From Bacteroidota bacterium (lineage in GTDB: Bacteria > Bacteroidota > Ignavibacteria > UBA10030), in assembly GCA_049644265.1 (NCBI GenBank), contig JBARRO010000005.1, positions 36,576 through 100,575 on the forward strand: a stretch of 64,000 bases of DNA, given 5' to 3'. Both the position numbers and the translations under genes were made by a program. Under the pieces are notes generated by a model, which was not told where the DNA came from, searched no databases, and worked only from the letters and a program-made list of their open reading frames with translations. Shown here one piece after another: positions 59,010 through 64,000 of this stretch; positions within the stretch are counted from its first letter, which is position 1, and each line of letters starts with the position of its first letter.

Positions 59010-59530
59010 TGGATCACCCCGCTGCGTCGTATGGTCACGGCTCCGACACGTTTGAGCAACTTTTCGCATTTTACCAACGCACGTTCCTCTGCATAAACCT
59101 GAAGTCCGTAGTGATCGCTTGACAAGCGTTCATCGTAACCTTGCGACAGTCGTAGCTGTGGAAGTCGGGCGTTCACCAGAAATCCGATCATGGTTGCAAG
59201 CGCTCCGAACAGGATGGTGAGGATGTATGCAAGAACACCAAACGGAGGGATGGAAACCAGCGGCTTGCCTCCCACAATCAGGGGATAATTCAGCACGGAC
59301 CCGATCGTCAGTGCCCAGCCGCTGCAAAAGCCGGTGAGGGCGCCGATCAGTGTGAAGACCCGAACGGGACTCTTCGGCCGGTGCAGCGCATGTTCAATTT
59401 CGTGATGCGGCACAGGAGAGTAGACCAGAAAATTCTGATAGCCGGCTTGTTTCAGCTCATGAATTCCCCGCAACAGCAGATCCATTGCCGGGAACACCGC
59501 GAAAATATTTGGGCCTTTGTGGGCACTCAT
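59006..59530 (-). CDS. Alternative complex III subunit ActD-like (DUF3341) membrane protein
   Basis: 174 aa. N-terminus MSAHKGPNIFAVFPAMDLLLRGIHELKQAGY, then two TM. It sits between the NrfD-like subunit and the cytochrome c. Confidence 0.6.
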   Translation of the reverse strand: MSAHKGPNIFAVFPAMDLLLRGIHELKQAGYQNFLVYSPVPHHEIEHALHRPKSPVRVFTLIGALTGFCSGWALTIGSVLNYPLIVGGKPLVSIPPFGVLAYILTILFGALATMIGFLVNARLPQLRLSQGYDERLSSDHYGLQVYAEERALVKCEKLLKRVGAVTIRRSGVIQ

Positions 59531-59633
59531 TGGTTATTCGAGCTCAAGCCGTACCAACTTGAGAGAGCATCGGATCTTCGATGCTCCTGTCGAAAATCTT
59601 TTCCCCTGCTCCCCCGCACCCCTGCACCCCCTC

Positions 59634-60965
59634 CTATTTCCTCTTCCTCCCCCCACTTGTCGGCACTTCCATTTGTTCCTTTACTTCCCACATTGAGACA
59701 ACGGGAAGCGTCTTGGCAAAGATCGTGAACAGGAAGAAGAACCATGAGAAGCTCCCGACCACGATTCCGATCTCTGTCCACGTCAGCGTCGGAAGTCCCC
59801 ACGCATACGGATCATAATCGTGCGCCAGCGAAGTAACGATGATCGTGAACCGCTCAAACCACATCCCGATCGTCACCGCGACGGAGACGAACACAAGGAA
59901 CGGGATGCTTCGCCGAAATCGTTTCAGCCAGAACAGCTGCGGTATGAGAAGATTGCAGACAAACAAGGACCAGAACGCAAACCAGTAATCGCCGAAGGCG
60001 CGGTAGCTGAAGATTGCCTGCTCCCACGGGTTGTGGCTGTACCAGGCGATGAAGACCTCTATGAGATACGCCATCCCAACCACGCTCCCTGTGAAGAGGA
60101 GGAACTTTGCGAGACTTTCCAGATGATAGTCGGTGATGTACGGTTGAAGCCGGAATGCATTTCGCATCGGGATGAGAATCAGAATGACCATGGCCAGCCC
60201 CGAGTGGATCGCGCCCGCCACAAAGTACGGCGCGAAGATGGTGCTGTGCCAGCCGGGGACAATGCTCATCGCGAAGTCCCACGAAACGATGCTGTGCACC
60301 GAAATAACAAGCGGCGTTGCGAGAGCGGCGAGAAACACATACGCCGCCGTGTAGTGACGCCACTGGTTGTCCGTCCCCTGCCAACCCTGTGCCAGGAATC
60401 CGTACAGCTTCTTTCTCCATCCGCGTGATTTATCCCGAACAATCGCTACATCCGGCACCATACCTGTGAGGAAGAAAATCGAGCTCACCGTGAGATACGT
60501 GCTGATCGCGAACACGTCCCACACAAGAGGCGAACGGAAGTTGGGAAACAGACCGCCCATCTGCGGGTAGGGGAGAGTCCAGTAAAACACCCAGACCCGG
60601 CCCATGTGAAGAAGCGGGAATAACCCGGCAGTCGCCAAACCGAAGACCGTCACCGCTTCAGCGCTTCGATACACCGAAGCACGCCATTTCACCCGGAAGA
60701 GAAAGAGAATTGCCGAGATGAGAGTCCCCGAGTGTGCGATACCGACCCAGAACACAAACGTGGTGATATAGAGATACCAGCCGACGGGATTGTTTTTCCC
60801 CGCAACCCCAATTCCCGTCAGGATCTGATGCACCCACGAACTCGCGCCCCAAAGAACGCCAAGACCGAGGAAGAAGACCAGGACATAGTACCACTTCTTC
60901 GGCTTGTTCAGCGTTTGAGTCAGATCAAGATCTGTTTGGGAATATGAAAGTTTGTAGTCGATCAA
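59634..60965 (-). CDS. Alternative complex III subunit ActC, NrfD/PsrC-like polytopic membrane protein
   Basis: 443-aa NrfD-family membrane protein immediately downstream of the molybdopterin/Fe-S subunit. Confidence 0.7.
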   Translation of the reverse strand: MIDYKLSYSQTDLDLTQTLNKPKKWYYVLVFFLGLGVLWGASSWVHQILTGIGVAGKNNPVGWYLYITTFVFWVGIAHSGTLISAILFLFRVKWRASVYRSAEAVTVFGLATAGLFPLLHMGRVWVFYWTLPYPQMGGLFPNFRSPLVWDVFAISTYLTVSSIFFLTGMVPDVAIVRDKSRGWRKKLYGFLAQGWQGTDNQWRHYTAAYVFLAALATPLVISVHSIVSWDFAMSIVPGWHSTIFAPYFVAGAIHSGLAMVILILIPMRNAFRLQPYITDYHLESLAKFLLFTGSVVGMAYLIEVFIAWYSHNPWEQAIFSYRAFGDYWFAFWSLFVCNLLIPQLFWLKRFRRSIPFLVFVSVAVTIGMWFERFTIIVTSLAHDYDPYAWGLPTLTWTEIGIVVGSFSWFFFLFTIFAKTLPVVSMWEVKEQMEVPTSGGRKRK

Positions 60966-61094
60966 TGGGGGAGTGTTGAGTATTGACTATTGAGTTGTGA
61001 GTAATTGGTGAGTGGTTGGTTGGCTAATTGGCTAATTAACGACTTTCCCGCTTCTACCTTTTGACTCCTGAATTCTGAATTCTGACTCCTGCTC
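60966..61094. repeat. Intergenic tandem-short-unit element between actB and actC, variant copy K
   Basis: gagtattgactattgagttgtgagtaattggtgagtggttggttggctaattggctaatt … tgactcctgaattctgaattctgactcctgctcctagctcct. Confidence 0.4.
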
Positions 61095-64000
61095 CTAGCT
61101 CCTAATCTCCTTCAAATACACCACCGCCGGTTGCGTGTTCAGCTCTTCGAGCACGCGATAGTCTCTTGGTTTGTGCTTCTCTCTGAGTTTGTTGGCTTTG
61201 CTTTCAGGATCCTTAAGATCGCCAAAGACAATTGCCTGACTGGGACAGGCCTGCTGGCATGCGGTGACGATCTCTCCGTCCATGATGGCTCTGCCTTCCA
61301 CCCTTGCGTTGTTCTTCGCTTCGACAATCCGCTGGACGCAGAATGTGCACTTCTCCATGACACCCTTGGTTCGCACTGTCACGTCCGGATTCAACTGCCA
61401 GTTGAGCGGTTCGGGAAATTCGTAATCAAACCAATTGAACCGGCGAACTTTGTACGGACAGTTGTTCGCACAGTACCGTGTGCCGACACATCGGTTGTAG
61501 ACCTGGGCGTTGAGTCCCTCCGGCGTATGGTAAGAGGCATACACAGGGCAGACCGTTTCGCATGGAGCGTTGTCACAATGCTGACAAAGCATGGGAAGGA
61601 ATTCGGCGTTCGGCGAGTACGGCGCTGTGGAATCCGCCGGGGGATCGTCGAAGAAACGCTCGATGCGCAGCCAGGAAAGCTCTCGGCCGATCTCCACTTG
61701 CTTCTTCCCGACGACCGGGATGTTGTTCTCCGAATAACACGCGGTCACGCAAGCGCTGCACCCCGTGCACCTGTCGAGATCGATCGTCATTCCCCATCTG
61801 TGTAGCGGATGTTCATGCGGTTCATACAAGGACGGCGCTCCGGGGCTGCCGGGTTGCTCTTCGGCAACCGGATGCCTTCCCTCCGCAAGCTCTTTTGTCT
61901 GACGGAGGAGCTCTTCCACAGTCACGACCTGAACGATGTTCCGGCCGTGGAGGTAATCACTGCCGGCAACATCGGCAAATTGAATTCGTTGCCCGCGATT
62001 CACAAGGGCAACCGGGATTCCGGACCACTGCAACGCTCCCGACGACGCCAGTGGATTCGGAGGGAGCAGGGTATACGCATTCGCACCCTGACCTTTTGCG
62101 TAACGGCCGTATTCGGTGTGACCTTGGCCGACGGGAATCGCAACCGCGCCCGGCCGGACGCCAGCGTAGACATACGCAGGGAGATCCAGAGTTCCGTACT
62201 TCGTTGTCAGCCGGAGAATATCTCCGCGTTTTACTCCAAGCTTCTCCGCATCCTGCGGATGAATTTCAACCCAACTGTCCCACGTAATCATCGTCATGGG
62301 GTCCGGTACTTCCTGAAGCCACGGCTTGTTCGCGCCCCTGCCGTCGTAATGATTCAAGGACGGATACGTGAGAAGGAGAAAATCTGCCGCCGTTTTTTGC
62401 CGCTCGAATTCGTTCATCATCGGTTTCAGGTCGGCCGACGAACTCGCCCATCGCAGTCGCGGATTGCTTCCGGCTTCTTCTCTGAAAATTCCTCCGTTTG
62501 CAAGCGCCTCCATCCACCATGTCTCAAAATCCTGACGCGAGCCGATGGCTCGCTGTACCGTCCGCCATCGAACACGTACGTACTCATAGAATGGCTGACT
62601 GAGTTTCGAGAAGTTAGTCTTTCCCAAAATCTTTTCGTTGAGGAGAAGAATTTCATCCCCCAACATTCTGGTCGTTTTGAACACTGGCTGCATGACAGGC
62701 TGCATGAAGCCGAAGATTCCTTCAGCCGGCTCATAATCCCCCCAACTTTCGAGGGGTGTGTGGACCGGCAGCACGATTTGTGCGCGAGCGGCGGTCTCAT
62801 CCATAAAGGACGAGAATGCAACGGTAAGCGGAATCTTCTCCATCGCTTCGGAGAAATTCGCACCCGGAGGAGCAGAAAAAACTGGATTTGTCTCGGTGAA
62901 GAAGAGTGCGCCAATCTCACCCTGATGCGCGGATCGAACAAGGCGAAGCAGGTCCGCGTAGCCGTTCAAAGAGGAAAGCGACAAGGGTCGGTCGACTCTG
63001 ACTGTCTTGCCGATATTGCCGCAGACAAAGTTCAAAAGATTGACCGCTGTAAGCGTTGCCACCTCGGTCTCGCTTCCGAGCATCGGTCCGCCTCCTATTG
63101 CGAGGCCGGGTGATGCTTCGGCGAATTCTTTTGCAAGCGACCGTATCCGGTCGGGACTGACTCCGGTGATTTGCGAGACCTTCCGCGGAGCGAGGCCCTG
63201 GATCATTCTCAGAATCTCATTGGATTCCGCGAGCCCGAGTCCGGTTGCCATTCCGTTGGTGAGAATCACGTTCACCAAACCCAGAGCGAGGGCTCCCTCG
63301 GTCCCGGGAATCGGTGCAATCCATTCATCCGCGTTCGTCGCCGTCATGGAGAGCCGCGGACCGATGTACACGTACGGATGGACGCTCTTGCCGTCGAATT
63401 CACGCATCGCAGCAAATTCTCGCGCCTGCCCGACAGGGGAGAGCCATGTCTCGAGGAAGTCCGCTCCAAACGAGAGAATGAACTTCGCCGATGCGAAATC
63501 ATAGGTCGGAATAACTGCCCGGCCAAACGCAATTTCGTTCGCTTTCTTCAGGGCTTCGTAAGCGATCGGTTCGTATCGAACCCTGCGTTTCGACCCGACA
63601 GCTTTCAGGAAGTCGTCGACGACAGCATCGAGAGAGCCTGTGAGGTGGGGAGTAAGCCATGCGACCGAATTGCTCTTTCCCTGCTTGTCGAGCGCTTTGA
63701 GATGACCGAGAATGTGTTCTTCGGCTTGTTGCCACGTCAGCTGTTCCCACGAACCATCGGCTTTCTTTCGCAAAGGATGCTGAATGCGATCCGGGTTATA
63801 CAAGCCCTGTAGCGATGCCTGACCCCGGGAGCAGAGCGTTCCACGGTTCACAGGATGAAGCGGGTTCCCTTCGACCTTTACCGCCCGACCCTCCCGCACC
63901 CGAACATGAATTCCACACCCGGCTGGACACTCCCTGCACACGCTCGCATACCACGCCGCTTTCCCCGGAATTATTTCTTCGTGCGGAATGATGTACGGAA
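61095..64000 (-). CDS. Alternative complex III subunit ActB, a fusion of a molybdopterin-oxidoreductase-like domain with 4Fe-4S ferredoxin domains; 5' end beyond the window
   Basis: The N-terminal Fe-S motif CRECPAGCG…C leads into a large molybdopterin-oxidoreductase-like domain. The C-terminus carries 4Fe-4S ferredoxin motifs (CTGCSACVTAC, CQHCDNAPCETVCP, CVGTRYCANNCP). The frame is open to position 64000. Confidence 0.75.
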   Translation of the reverse strand, partial: PYIIPHEEIIPGKAAWYASVCRECPAGCGIHVRVREGRAVKVEGNPLHPVNRGTLCSRGQASLQGLYNPDRIQHPLRKKADGSWEQLTWQQAEEHILGHLKALDKQGKSNSVAWLTPHLTGSLDAVVDDFLKAVGSKRRVRYEPIAYEALKKANEIAFGRAVIPTYDFASAKFILSFGADFLETWLSPVGQAREFAAMREFDGKSVHPYVYIGPRLSMTATNADEWIAPIPGTEGALALGLVNVILTNGMATGLGLAESNEILRMIQGLAPRKVSQITGVSPDRIRSLAKEFAEASPGLAIGGGPMLGSETEVATLTAVNLLNFVCGNIGKTVRVDRPLSLSSLNGYADLLRLVRSAHQGEIGALFFTETNPVFSAPPGANFSEAMEKIPLTVAFSSFMDETAARAQIVLPVHTPLESWGDYEPAEGIFGFMQPVMQPVFKTTRMLGDEILLLNEKILGKTNFSKLSQPFYEYVRVRWRTVQRAIGSRQDFETWWMEALANGGIFREEAGSNPRLRWASSSADLKPMMNEFERQKTAADFLLLTYPSLNHYDGRGANKPWLQEVPDPMTMITWDSWVEIHPQDAEKLGVKRGDILRLTTKYGTLDLPAYVYAGVRPGAVAIPVGQGHTEYGRYAKGQGANAYTLLPPNPLASSGALQWSGIPVALVNRGQRIQFADVAGSDYLHGRNIVQVVTVEELLRQTKELAEGRHPVAEEQPGSPGAPSLYEPHEHPLHRWGMTIDLDRCTGCSACVTACYSENNIPVVGKKQVEIGRELSWLRIERFFDDPPADSTAPYSPNAEFLPMLCQHCDNAPCETVCPVYASYHTPEGLNAQVYNRCVGTRYCANNCPYKVRRFNWFDYEFPEPLNWQLNPDVTVRTKGVMEKCTFCVQRIVEAKNNARVEGRAIMDGEIVTACQQACPSQAIVFGDLKDPESKANKLREKHKPRDYRVLEELNTQPAVVYLKEIRS

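Noticed and set aside
61131-63113. Two plus-strand ORFs of 224 and 434 aa
   Set aside because: They are antisense to actB, which has clear Fe-S and molybdopterin-like motifs. They are shadow ORFs.
1-64000. Mobile elements: transposases, integrases, phage genes
   Set aside because: No DDE, serine or tyrosine recombinase-like translations were found. No tRNA genes were recognised. Nothing suggests a horizontally acquired island boundary, though compositional analysis was not possible by eye.

Overview
This 64-kb window is a bacterial chromosomal segment, moderately GC-rich, with many genes using Shine-Dalgarno-like spacing. Several markers point to a member of the Fibrobacteres-Chlorobi-Bacteroidetes group or a relative: a subtilisin carrying a type-A T9SS C-terminal sorting domain, a GldA/GldF/GldG-type ABC cassette, and an alternative complex III (ACIII) actB-C-D-E-F operon next to a copper P1B-ATPase. 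I recognised no transposase, integrase, tRNA, rRNA or CRISPR array.

Housekeeping content, gene symbols given only where recognised:
- mfd, typA (BipA)
- class I/II aminotransferase
- three tandem SurA/PpiC-type peptidyl-prolyl isomerases
- MoxR ATPase, T9SS S8 peptidase, von Willebrand factor A (vWA) membrane protein
- MarR-DoxX-VOC-YceI cassette
- cation diffusion facilitator (CDF) transporter, ArsB/NhaD permease
- VanX-like dipeptidase, esterase, M61 aminopeptidase
- radical SAM protein of the PA0069 family
- NarL-type response regulator, potassium channel, Lon-like AAA+ protease
- a fusion of a family-4 glycosyltransferase (GT4) with a polysaccharide deacetylase

The most unusual region is 2.1-5.2 kb. 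It holds a membrane-anchored TlpA-like thioredoxin that is translationally coupled to a stand-alone C39 (bacteriocin-leader) peptidase. These are followed by a small Cys-rich peptide with a canonical double-glycine leader motif (L-x3-EL-x2-V-x-GG) that also has an N-terminal Sec-signal-like segment, then two unknown secreted or membrane proteins. No C39-ABC exporter is present. I read this as a candidate bacteriocin- or RiPP-like locus that matures in the periplasm, which I cannot match to a described system type.

I also see a genome-specific family of intergenic repeat elements, at least 11 copies in this window. Each is built from short tandem heptamers of the type YTYYGTG, or GTTTCKRG in two variants, arranged as inverted arms.

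Other observations worth a second look:
- a secreted KMEKKGE-repeat protein
- a palindromic operator array overlapping a TTGACA-N17-TATTCT promoter upstream of the radical SAM gene
- a 700-bp non-coding tract upstream of mfd with recurring CCTGCCCGCC hairpins
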